64,000 bases of DNA from Moraxella sp. (GTDB lineage: Bacteria; Pseudomonadota; Gammaproteobacteria; Pseudomonadales; Moraxellaceae). The notes beneath the pieces were generated by a model. It saw only the letters and a program-made list of their open reading frames with translations, had not been told where the DNA came from and searched no databases. Position numbers and translations under genes: made by a program. How positions within the stretch are numbered: position 1 is the first letter of the stretch; every line of letters begins with the position of its first letter. Positions 20,447-29,052 of the stretch are shown here, in pieces. The DNA lies in assembly GCA_030525825.1 (NCBI GenBank), contig JAUNDZ010000006.1, positions 12,039 to 76,038 of the forward strand, read 5' to 3'.

Positions 20447-21070
20447 TTATTTTTTCTCGCTACGCACTTTATTGATAAGAAAATCAACCACTTGCGTTAC
20501 TTTCTCATTCTCGCCAGACACGACATATTTGCCATGCACCACGACCGCGGGTACGCCTGTCAGCTGATAGCGAGCCGCACCCTGCTTGGCACGCTCAATC
20601 TTGGTGCTGACAGGGAATGAGTTATAAAAACTGTTAAATTTGGCTTTATCGGCACCTTGAGATGCATACCAGCTCGCCAGATTTTCTTGATTGGCGATGA
20701 TGTTCTTTTGACCGTCTTTGTGGATGGCGTCAAACAGGGCTTGGTGCGTTTTGTTTTCAAGTCCCATCTGCTGAGCGGCATAAAAACCACGAGCAGGTAC
20801 TTCCCATACTGGGTTCATGGCGGCAGGTGTGCGGAAGAATGCGACATCTTTGGCACGAGTTTTTGCCCATTTTTGCATGTGTGGTTCTAGTGAGTAGCAA
20901 TGCGGGCAGCCATACCAAAAGAATTCACGCACCACGATGATGTCGCCTGCGATGTTTTCAGGGTTGGCGACTTTTTGATAGTCTTTGCCTTCAACGAAAT
21001 CAGCAGCAAATGCCTGACCTGCTAAGGCAACAGCGGTCGCTAATAGGGCGAATTTGGGAATGTATTTCAT
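20447..21070 (-). CDS. dsbA: Thiol:disulfide interchange protein DsbA
   Basis: Signal peptide, EFFWYGCPHC, GVPAVVVHGKY. Confidence 0.95.
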   Translation of the reverse strand: MKYIPKFALLATAVALAGQAFAADFVEGKDYQKVANPENIAGDIIVVREFFWYGCPHCYSLEPHMQKWAKTRAKDVAFFRTPAAMNPVWEVPARGFYAAQQMGLENKTHQALFDAIHKDGQKNIIANQENLASWYASQGADKAKFNSFYNSFPVSTKIERAKQGAARYQLTGVPAVVVHGKYVVSGENEKVTQVVDFLINKVRSEKK

Positions 21071-21415
21071 GGGAAATCCTTATAAAACGGCATTGGGCAA
21101 GAAATTTTTACCCGCTTTTGTTAGTATTCATTGATAAAAATTGTAAATTTGGCTCATTCTACCAAATTTGACCCAGCATTGAAACAAAAGATTGCCATAG
21201 TTTACCGCATTTTTGGTAAAAAAGAGTAACAGATTTATTAACGCCCCCTTACAAATTGTGGTGATTTTGCACGCTGATTTGATGTTACTGGGCGATTTGG
21301 CGAAAAGGGGGTTGTATTACAAACCTAAACGCTGGCTTGGCAAGATGCGTAAATTTTTGCTTAATTTTGCTTAAAATGATAAGATAGTCGCAGTATGCCT
21401 AATCTTGGAATAAAT

Positions 21416-22150
21416 ATGCACACAGCACAAAACGCCGACTATGACGAAATTGGTAAATTCACTCGCCTTGCTGATGAGTGGTGGGATAAAAACGGAGCGT
21501 TTAAGTCCCTGCACGACATCAACCCCTTACGCCTAAACTGGATAGAGGATAGGGTGCATGAGCAGTACGGCTCGCCACTTTTGGGCAAAAAGGTCTTAGA
21601 TGTCGGCTGTGGCGGTGGGATTTTATCACACTCGATGGCGGTGCGTGGGGCAGAGGTCGTGGGCGTGGATTTGGGCGAGGAGAACCTAAATGCAGGGCGG
21701 ATTCATGCCGAGCGGACAGGCATGGCAGAGGGTCTATCCTTTCGCTGTGTGGCGATTGAGGAGCTTGCCAAAGAAATGCCAGCAAGTTTTGATGTGGTTA
21801 CTTGCATGGAGATGCTCGAGCATGTGCCTGACCCATCTGCCATCGTGCAGGCGTGTTTTGAGCTATTAAAGCCAAACGGCGTGTTTGTCTGCTCGACCAT
21901 CAACCGAAACCCCAAATCCTACCTATTTGCCATCGTGGGGGCAGAATATGTGCTTCGCCTTTTGGACAAAGGCACGCACGACTATCATAAATTCATCACC
22001 CCTGCCGAGCTTGACCAGATGGCACTGCGAGCAGGCTTTGACCGCATGGACATGACAGGGCTGCACTACAACCCCATTACCAAGCGGTTTTGGCTCTCAA
22101 ACAGTAATGTCGATGTGAACTACATGATGGCATTCACCAAAAAAGCGTAA
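21416..22150 (+). CDS. ubiG: Ubiquinone biosynthesis O-methyltransferase
   Basis: WWD..G.FKSLHDINPLR, LDVGCGGG, CMEMLEHVPDP, STINRNPKS. Confidence 0.95.
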   Translation: MHTAQNADYDEIGKFTRLADEWWDKNGAFKSLHDINPLRLNWIEDRVHEQYGSPLLGKKVLDVGCGGGILSHSMAVRGAEVVGVDLGEENLNAGRIHAERTGMAEGLSFRCVAIEELAKEMPASFDVVTCMEMLEHVPDPSAIVQACFELLKPNGVFVCSTINRNPKSYLFAIVGAEYVLRLLDKGTHDYHKFITPAELDQMALRAGFDRMDMTGLHYNPITKRFWLSNSNVDVNYMMAFTKKA

Positions 22151-22855
22151 ATGGCGGCAGACATGACAATCAAAGCTGTTTTATTCGACCTAGATGGCAC
22201 GCTCATCGACACCGCCCCTGATTTTATTCGCATTATCCGTGCGATGTGTGATAAGCACAACCACCCATGTCCCACAGAGGAAGCGATACGAGAGCAGGTC
22301 TCGGCAGGAGCAAGGGCAATGGTACGGCTCATGTTTGGTGAGCTTGCCGATACGATGGATAATGATCCCACCTTGCTTGCCTACCGCCAAGAGTTTTTGG
22401 ATTTGTACGAACAAGACATTTGTGTGGATAGCCGACTATTTGACGGCTTAGATAATTTGCTTAACACCCTAGAAAATAAAGGCGTGGCGTGGGGCATTGT
22501 TACCAATAAGCCCAGATATTTGGCAGAGAGTTTATTATCCAAATTAAACTTAACAGACCGTTGTTCGGTACTGGTCTGCCCTGACGATGTGGTCAATACC
22601 AAGCCCAACCCCGAGCCGATGTATCTGGCGGTGGAGAGACTCAATCAAAAGTTTGGTACAGGCATCACCCCTGCCGAGTGCATCTATGTGGGCGACCACA
22701 TCCGAGACATACAGGCAGGGCGTGCGTCTGGCATGATGACGGTGGCGGTCGAGTTTGGCTACATCGTCCCTGATGAAAACCCACACGAGTGGGGAGCAGA
22801 TAAGGTGGTGGCAGATGTGGCAGAGCTTGGTGAGCTGGTGCGAAGTTTGATTTGA
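22151..22855 (+). CDS. HAD-IA hydrolase (Gph/MupP-like phosphatase)
   Basis: FDLDGTLIDT, VTNKP, KPNPEP, YVGDHIRDI; sits between ubiG and yciK like Pseudomonas mupP; start may be 22163. Confidence 0.85.
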   Translation: MAADMTIKAVLFDLDGTLIDTAPDFIRIIRAMCDKHNHPCPTEEAIREQVSAGARAMVRLMFGELADTMDNDPTLLAYRQEFLDLYEQDICVDSRLFDGLDNLLNTLENKGVAWGIVTNKPRYLAESLLSKLNLTDRCSVLVCPDDVVNTKPNPEPMYLAVERLNQKFGTGITPAECIYVGDHIRDIQAGRASGMMTVAVEFGYIVPDENPHEWGADKVVADVAELGELVRSLI

Positions 22856-23081
22856 TACTGTTTGCCATTGCATGAAACAACATCTTGTGGTTTAACCAAA
22901 CCATAACCCATTAACCGTATGGGGTTGTCATTTTGGGGTTTAGGGGGAATTGTATTTGCCCTAATGAAACCCTAAATTGCCTACAAAGCGAAAATATCGT
23001 CATTTTAGATGGACGGGCAAATTTTAAAATACATATTTAAACTGCTAAGACCTTAAATCAATTTATTAAAAGTTAACAAAC

Positions 23082-23840
23082 ATGACACATCACGACATCA
23101 TTCACTACACCCCGACGAGCGACTGCCTAAAAGATAAAATCATCTTAGTTACAGGAGCAGGGGCAGGCATCGGCAAAGAAGCTGCCCTGACCTACGCCAA
23201 ATGTGGGGCGACTGTACTACTGCTTGGCAAAACCCAAAGCAAGCTAGAAGCTGTCTATGATGAGATTGAGGCGTTAGGGCTTGCCATGCCCGCCATCTTG
23301 CCGATGGATTTAAAGACGGCGAGCTTTGCCCAGATGAATGAGCTTGCCAATCTTATCCAAAAAGAGTTTGGGCGATTGGACGGTGTGCTACATAACGCAG
23401 GGATTTTGGGGGCATTGACGCCCTTAGAGATGTACGACCCCATCACCTTTGAAGAGGTCATGCGTGTCAATACCACCGCCACTTTTATGCTGACCCAAGC
23501 CCTATTTCCCTTACTGATGTCCGCCCCCAGTGGCTCGGTCATCTTTACCAGCTCTGGCGTGGCAAAAGTGCGACCGTTTTGGGGAGCGTATGCACTCTCT
23601 AAGCAAGCGGTGGAGGGCATGAGTACGATTTTTACCGAAGAGACCAAAAATCACACCGCCCTACGCTTTAACTGCATCAATCCAGGGGCAACTCGTACCA
23701 ACATGAGAGCCCATGCCTTTCCTGGTGAAGACCCGATGACCCTAAAAACGCCAAAAGACATCATGAGTGCCTATGTGTATCTGATGACCGATATGGCAAG
23801 TGGCGTTAAAGGTCAGGTCATTCATTGTCAGCCAAAATAA
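23082..23840 (+). CDS. yciK: YciK family short-chain oxidoreductase
   Basis: TGAGAGIG, HNAG, WGAYALSK (YxxxK), INPGATRTNMRA.AFPGE. Confidence 0.88.
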   Translation: MTHHDIIHYTPTSDCLKDKIILVTGAGAGIGKEAALTYAKCGATVLLLGKTQSKLEAVYDEIEALGLAMPAILPMDLKTASFAQMNELANLIQKEFGRLDGVLHNAGILGALTPLEMYDPITFEEVMRVNTTATFMLTQALFPLLMSAPSGSVIFTSSGVAKVRPFWGAYALSKQAVEGMSTIFTEETKNHTALRFNCINPGATRTNMRAHAFPGEDPMTLKTPKDIMSAYVYLMTDMASGVKGQVIHCQPK

Positions 23841-23957
23841 CACAGGGGCGAGCGTTCGCCCTTTTTGGTGCGTGTATTGTCGGTGCTTGCAATTTTAACT
23901 TAACTTGATAAACTATACCAAAGAACTGCAAAATTGGTGCAGGCTAGTTATTGTATC

Positions 23958-24016
23958 GTAGGGGTAAATGTTTCGCCCAATGAAACAGGCAGGGCAAACG
24001 AGTAATTTGCCCCTAC
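23958..24016. repeat. Inverted REP doublet (REPIN-like)
   Basis: GTAGGGGTAAATGTTTCGCCC ... GGGCAAACGAGTAATTTGCCCCTAC: two GTAG-headed palindromes facing each other. Confidence 0.65.
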
Positions 24017-24079
24017 AAGCCCGTATCATATTTTGGGTTTGGTTAGTATATGCCTAATTGACTTTATCGTATTATTCAC

Positions 24080-25396
24080 ATGGAATTATTACAAAACCTA
24101 TTTTTAATCGCCATTTTGATTTTGATTTCTAGCTTTTTTTCTGTCTCGGAAATTGCCCTAGCAGGAGCTAGAAAATTAAAATTAAAACTCATCAGTGAAG
24201 GCGGTGATAAGCGTGCCGATAAAATCATGCACTTGCAGGAGCATTCGGCAGACTTTTTTGCCACCAGTCAAATCGGTCTAAATGCCGTCGCTATCTTGGG
24301 CGGTTCGGTGGGGGAGGGGGCTTTGCGTCCTTATTTTGCTGATTGGATTGGCTATGTCTATAACGGTCAGTATTTAGACAGCATTGCGTTTTTTATGAGC
24401 TTTGTGGTGGTAACGCTCCTATTTATCCTATATGCTGACCTGATTCCCAAACGCCTTGCCATGATTAACCCTGAAAAGATGGCTCTTATGGTCATTAACC
24501 CTGTGCTGGTCGTGGTAAAAATCGTCAAGCCTTTGGTGTGGGTCATCAATGGCATTGCTGATTTGGTGTTTCGCATCTTTAAGATTAACACCGTGCGAGA
24601 AGAGAGCATTACCTTTGATGATGTCTCTGCCATCGTGGACGCTGGGGCAGAAGCTGGCGTGGTGCTACAACAAGAACAGCATTTTATTGAAAATGTCTTT
24701 GAGTTAGAAGAACGCACTGTGCCGTCATCGATGACCGTGCGAGAAGATGTGGTGTATTTTACCCTTGATGAGTCCGAAGAAAGCATTCGCCAAAAAATCG
24801 CCGAATATCCGTATTCTAAGTTTTTGGTGTGTGGCGAGAGCATTGATAATGTCATCGGCTATGTCGATACCAAAGATATTTTGGTAAGAATTTTAAACAA
24901 CCAATCGATTTTAAATATTCATGAAAGCACAATTAGAAATGTGCTGATTATCCCTGATACGCTGACCTTATCTGAGCTTTTGGATAAGTTTCGTGCTAGT
25001 AAAGAAAAATTTGCGGTCGTCATCAATGAATACGCTCTGGTGGTGGGGGTCATCACGCTGTCTGATATCATGATGACCGTGATGGGCGACTGGGTATCAC
25101 CGATTGAAGAAGAACAACAAATCATCAAGCGAGACGAGCATTCATGGCTCATCGATGGCAGTACGCCGATTGATGATGTCAAGCACGCTTTGGACATCAC
25201 AGAATTTGATGATTGGGATCATTATGAGACGCTGGCGGGCTTTATCATGTATCGCTTGCGTAAAATCCCTAGACCTGCCGACTTCGTGATACACGAGAAT
25301 CTCAAATTTGAAGTGGTGGACATCGACCATTATAAGATTGACCAAGTGCTTGTTACCCGTATGCCTGATGATGGGGCGGATAGGGATTGGATGTAA
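24080..25396 (+). CDS. CNNM/HlyC-CorC family membrane protein (YtfL/PaeA-like)
   Basis: SFFSVSEIALAGARK DUF21 N-terminus, tandem CBS domains, CorC_HlyC C-terminus (YETLAGF...IDQVLV). Confidence 0.88.
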   Translation: MELLQNLFLIAILILISSFFSVSEIALAGARKLKLKLISEGGDKRADKIMHLQEHSADFFATSQIGLNAVAILGGSVGEGALRPYFADWIGYVYNGQYLDSIAFFMSFVVVTLLFILYADLIPKRLAMINPEKMALMVINPVLVVVKIVKPLVWVINGIADLVFRIFKINTVREESITFDDVSAIVDAGAEAGVVLQQEQHFIENVFELEERTVPSSMTVREDVVYFTLDESEESIRQKIAEYPYSKFLVCGESIDNVIGYVDTKDILVRILNNQSILNIHESTIRNVLIIPDTLTLSELLDKFRASKEKFAVVINEYALVVGVITLSDIMMTVMGDWVSPIEEEQQIIKRDEHSWLIDGSTPIDDVKHALDITEFDDWDHYETLAGFIMYRLRKIPRPADFVIHENLKFEVVDIDHYKIDQVLVTRMPDDGADRDWM

Positions 25397-25419
25397 ATTG
25401 AGTGGGCTGACAATAAAAG

Positions 25420-25448
25420 AACAGGGATAGAGATACCCTGTTTTTTTA
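25420..25448. terminator. Intrinsic terminator between convergent genes
   Basis: AACAGGG-ATAGAGATA-CCCTGTTTTTTT. Confidence 0.7.
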
Positions 25449-25478
25449 TTGTTGGCATTGTAGGGACTGATAATGTCG

Positions 25479-26501
25479 TTAAAGAATCAATCGCATCAGC
25501 TCATCATCCAGCTGCTCCCAAGAGACCGCATTGGTCAAAATCAGCTCAATCCTACCATCATCTCGCTCATCGGTGGGGCTGATGGCGATGCTCTCTGGCG
25601 TGATGTTCAGCGACAGCCAGCCTTCATCGGTGTGCATGATGCCTTTGATGCGGGCGTAATTGGGTAGGTTTAGCAGCCATTTTTGTAGCTTATAGCTGTC
25701 AAATCGCCACGCCTTTGGCAGTCGCCAGCCACCGACTTCAAAGCCTACCATCTTTTCATGATAGCGATAGGGCGGTGGCGTCTCGTCGTCGCTTGGCTGT
25801 ATTGATACCTGTGATGGCGGTCTGATGGACAGGGCGACTTTGTGTGTCTGCTGCTGTATCCTTGGGGCGTGTAGTAGGTCAATTAGATGAGCATCGTGGG
25901 TGAACTGCACGACTGTGGCACTACTATTGATGCCATCAATCCAAGACAGCATCTGCTGGTATTCGTCATCGCTAAGCAGCTCTGCACGACTGATGACGAC
26001 GATGTCGGCGTATTTGATGTGCATCTGATAGCCGTCATGTGTGCGGTATTTTTCTTGTTGCCATTGGGCGGCATTTAGGATGCAGATGACGGCATTGAGC
26101 CGAAGTGTGGTTTGCCAATGGGCTTGACCAAGCTGCTCGGTCAGCTCATCAGCGTGAGCCAGTCCTGTCGGCTCGATGATGAGATGGGCAGGGCTGTGCT
26201 TGGATAATAAGCGTACCAATGCCACCTGCATGGGCAGCTGACTGCTACAACAGATGCAGCCGCCGCTAACTTCTTGGATGGCGATGTCTGCTGTACCATC
26301 TTTGGTGGTAAATAGACTGCCATCAATGCCAATTTTACCAAACTCATTCACCAAAATCGCCCATCTTTCATCACCCTTATAAGACAGTAGGGCGTTGATG
26401 AAAGTGGTTTTGCCTGCCCCCAAAAACCCTGTAACGAGTGTGGTCGGTGTGCGTGCGGCGATGGTTGGTGTATTCATGGTGTCGGCTTGGCTATCGGTCA
26501 T
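25479..26501 (-). CDS. CobW/COG0523 family G3E GTPase (putative metallochaperone)
   Basis: GFLGAGKTT, VNEFG, GCICC, IIEPTGLA motifs. Confidence 0.9.
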   Translation of the reverse strand: MTDSQADTMNTPTIAARTPTTLVTGFLGAGKTTFINALLSYKGDERWAILVNEFGKIGIDGSLFTTKDGTADIAIQEVSGGCICCSSQLPMQVALVRLLSKHSPAHLIIEPTGLAHADELTEQLGQAHWQTTLRLNAVICILNAAQWQQEKYRTHDGYQMHIKYADIVVISRAELLSDDEYQQMLSWIDGINSSATVVQFTHDAHLIDLLHAPRIQQQTHKVALSIRPPSQVSIQPSDDETPPPYRYHEKMVGFEVGGWRLPKAWRFDSYKLQKWLLNLPNYARIKGIMHTDEGWLSLNITPESIAISPTDERDDGRIELILTNAVSWEQLDDELMRLIL

Positions 26502-27652
26502 GCTTTGATTTTGTTCTGTTTGGCGGTTGTCATGCAGGTCTGGTAGCGTTTGTCCACACGGGTGGCGAACCAGTTGGTGTTGTAATCACGGCTTAGCTTA
26601 GGACCTGAGATGACCACTTGGGGCATGATGGCATAGCTGGGTTCTTTGTTGTATTTTTTCTTAAACATCTCGCTGATGGTACGATAAGTCTGCGTAGCTT
26701 CAAAATCTCTGGATTTTTCTTTTTTTAGGTCGCTGCGAATCTGCCGCTCGCTCAGCGGTGTCGGTGCGGTAGCAAGCAGCTTGATGAGTGCGGTCTCAGA
26801 CTGGCTTTTTTTGCTGCTGATGCTGCCGCCATTGTATAAAAGTAGGTCGCCATCGATGTCGATTTTTGAGCCACTTAGGCTATTGATACGCTGCTGAAAA
26901 GCAGCATTGCGGCTAGAATACATGCCAGAATTATAATCAGCAAAGCGATACAAAGGCTTGTCATAATCCGCCTTGTACATCATCAAACGATGAATGCCGT
27001 AGTACAGTCCGCCATATTGGCTGTACAAGTCAGCTCGCAACGCTCGGTCGCTCATGTTGCTGCGGCGGTGAGCACGAGCATAGTCGATGTGTACCTGCAT
27101 GGAGCCGAGCGTGGTAACAGGATTGACTCGCTCATCGATGCCTTCGCCTGACAGCTTGGTGATGTGAGCTAAGCCTGAGACTTTATAGGTGCTGGCAAAA
27201 TAATCAAAGATTTTTTGATACAGCTCGTCAAGCTCTCGCTCGGTTTTGACTTTTTTGATTTGTTTAATAAAGCTGTTGTCAGCGGTGGGCTTGGTTTCTA
27301 GCATGGTGCGAAAAGTTTTGGCGAGTGTTTTACCAAACTTTTCTTCGAGCTTTTCATCGATGGCTTTTAAGGATGAATTGCCCAAATTGGCGACGGCAGG
27401 GTCGGCATGAAAATTGGATTCTTGGTCGATGACAGCGATGGCGGTGCAGATATTTTGGGTGGTTTTGGGCAGTTTTAGCTGGTCGAACACCTGAGCGATG
27501 TCGCTCGCCCAAGATGCTCTGTCTGACACTCGAGCAGGGATGAGCTTGGCGATTTGTTTATCGGTCAAAGATTTGGCTGGGGTGCTTTGTTGGGGGCTGC
27601 ACGCTGTCAAAAAAGCAGCACCAAGCACGATGGGTAGTGTGCGTTTTAGCAT
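26498..27652 (-). CDS. DUF1615 (YaiW-like) lipoprotein
   Basis: Lipobox FLTAC; AVIDQESNF.ADP, NPVTTLGSMQV, RFADYNSG.YSSRNAAFQ. Confidence 0.82.
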   Translation of the reverse strand: MLKRTLPIVLGAAFLTACSPQQSTPAKSLTDKQIAKLIPARVSDRASWASDIAQVFDQLKLPKTTQNICTAIAVIDQESNFHADPAVANLGNSSLKAIDEKLEEKFGKTLAKTFRTMLETKPTADNSFIKQIKKVKTERELDELYQKIFDYFASTYKVSGLAHITKLSGEGIDERVNPVTTLGSMQVHIDYARAHRRSNMSDRALRADLYSQYGGLYYGIHRLMMYKADYDKPLYRFADYNSGMYSSRNAAFQQRINSLSGSKIDIDGDLLLYNGGSISSKKSQSETALIKLLATAPTPLSERQIRSDLKKEKSRDFEATQTYRTISEMFKKKYNKEPSYAIMPQVVISGPKLSRDYNTNWFATRVDKRYQTCMTTAKQNKIKA

Positions 27653-27679
27653 GATAAAGCCTATCAAATTTAAAAAAAC

Positions 27680-28597
27680 CTACGATGAATGCAGACGCAT
27701 CAGACCTTCTTGCTGTGTGGTGGCGACCAGCTTGCCATCTTGCCAAAACTGCCCGTGATTAAGCCCTTTGGCGTGGCTTGTGGTGTCGCTCCACATGTCG
27801 TAAAGTAGCCATTCGTTGATGTTAAAGGGGCGATGAAAGTGCATGGAGTGGTCAATGCTCGCCACTTGTAGCCCACGGCTTAGGTAGCTAAGCCCATGAC
27901 TCATCAGCCCTGTGCCGACCAAATAAAAATCAGACGCAAAGGCAAGCAGTGCCTGATGTACCGCCACAGGGTGTTCGCCCAATTCGCTGATGCGTAGCCA
28001 GTTGGCTTGGCGTGGTCGCATGGGTTTGGGCGTGATGGGGTCTCGTGGCTCGATGGGTTTGATTTCGACATGGCGTTTTCGCATGAATCGTGTGCGTAGA
28101 GCGTCTGGGATGTTATCCACATAGGACGATTTGAGTTCTTGCTCGTTTAGTAGCGTCTGTGGGGCAGGGTAGCTTGGCATGGTTTCTTGGTATTCAAGTC
28201 CACCTTCCATCGGTGAAAATGACGCAATCATCGAAAAAATCACCTGCTCGGTGAGTTCGCCTGCATCATTGGGAATGTACTGCACGGCAATGACTTCTCG
28301 GGCGGATAGGCTGCGACCATCACGCAGGCGGCGAACCTGATAATGCACATCGTGGCGAATGTCGCCCCCACGCAAAAAATACCCATGCAAAGAATGGCAC
28401 GGCTTGTCATGTTCAAGCGTCATCGCCCCTGCCATGAGTGCCTGTGCCAGCACCTGCCCACCAAAGATGCGGGGTCCGACATAATCAAAGCTCGGTCCGA
28501 CAAAGACATCTGGGGCGGTTTGTTTTAGGTTGATGGTTTGTAATAAATCGGCGACCAAGTCTTTTGGGTCGTCGCTTTTGGCAAAGATATGGGTCAT
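27680..28597 (-). CDS. tesB: Acyl-CoA thioesterase II
   Basis: RIFGGQVLAQAL, SLHGYFLRGG, ASIDHSMHFH, QQEGLMR. Confidence 0.93.
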   Translation of the reverse strand: MTHIFAKSDDPKDLVADLLQTINLKQTAPDVFVGPSFDYVGPRIFGGQVLAQALMAGAMTLEHDKPCHSLHGYFLRGGDIRHDVHYQVRRLRDGRSLSAREVIAVQYIPNDAGELTEQVIFSMIASFSPMEGGLEYQETMPSYPAPQTLLNEQELKSSYVDNIPDALRTRFMRKRHVEIKPIEPRDPITPKPMRPRQANWLRISELGEHPVAVHQALLAFASDFYLVGTGLMSHGLSYLSRGLQVASIDHSMHFHRPFNINEWLLYDMWSDTTSHAKGLNHGQFWQDGKLVATTQQEGLMRLHSS

Positions 28598-29052
28598 GGC
28601 GGATGGCTAGAATATTAAGATGTGAATGATGAAATCTATGATAAAAGTGATAAAAGGGTAAAGCTGCATCTGTTTGGCAGCTTGTTGGTATAAAAGTGGA
28701 TATTATCTAATTGCCTTTTGGCATTGTCAATATTTATGGGGGTAATTATATTGCCCTTGTGTATGAATTTTATACAAAACGCACCAAGCATCGGTAACAT
28801 TGCCCAAAAAAGCAATAAAACCGCCAAAAATTGGCTAAAAACCGTCTAAACAGCCTGATGATTTAGCCACGCCAAGCCCGCCTGCCATAAGCTCAGCCAA
28901 GCTTAGCCGCCTGATGGCATAACAAATATGTACAATTGTGCATGATTTGAGCATTACTTTGACGACTTTTGTTGATAACTTTTGTCGCCCAACGCCATAA
29001 AAAATGGTAAAATGACAAAAATTATCACGACACAGTCCAATACAGTCCAACC

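Noticed and set aside
20100-20620. Short ORFs (64-76 aa) across the yjgA-dsbA gap
   Set aside because: They cross strong terminators, lack RBS and recognisable motifs, and the region is better explained by a minus-strand sRNA
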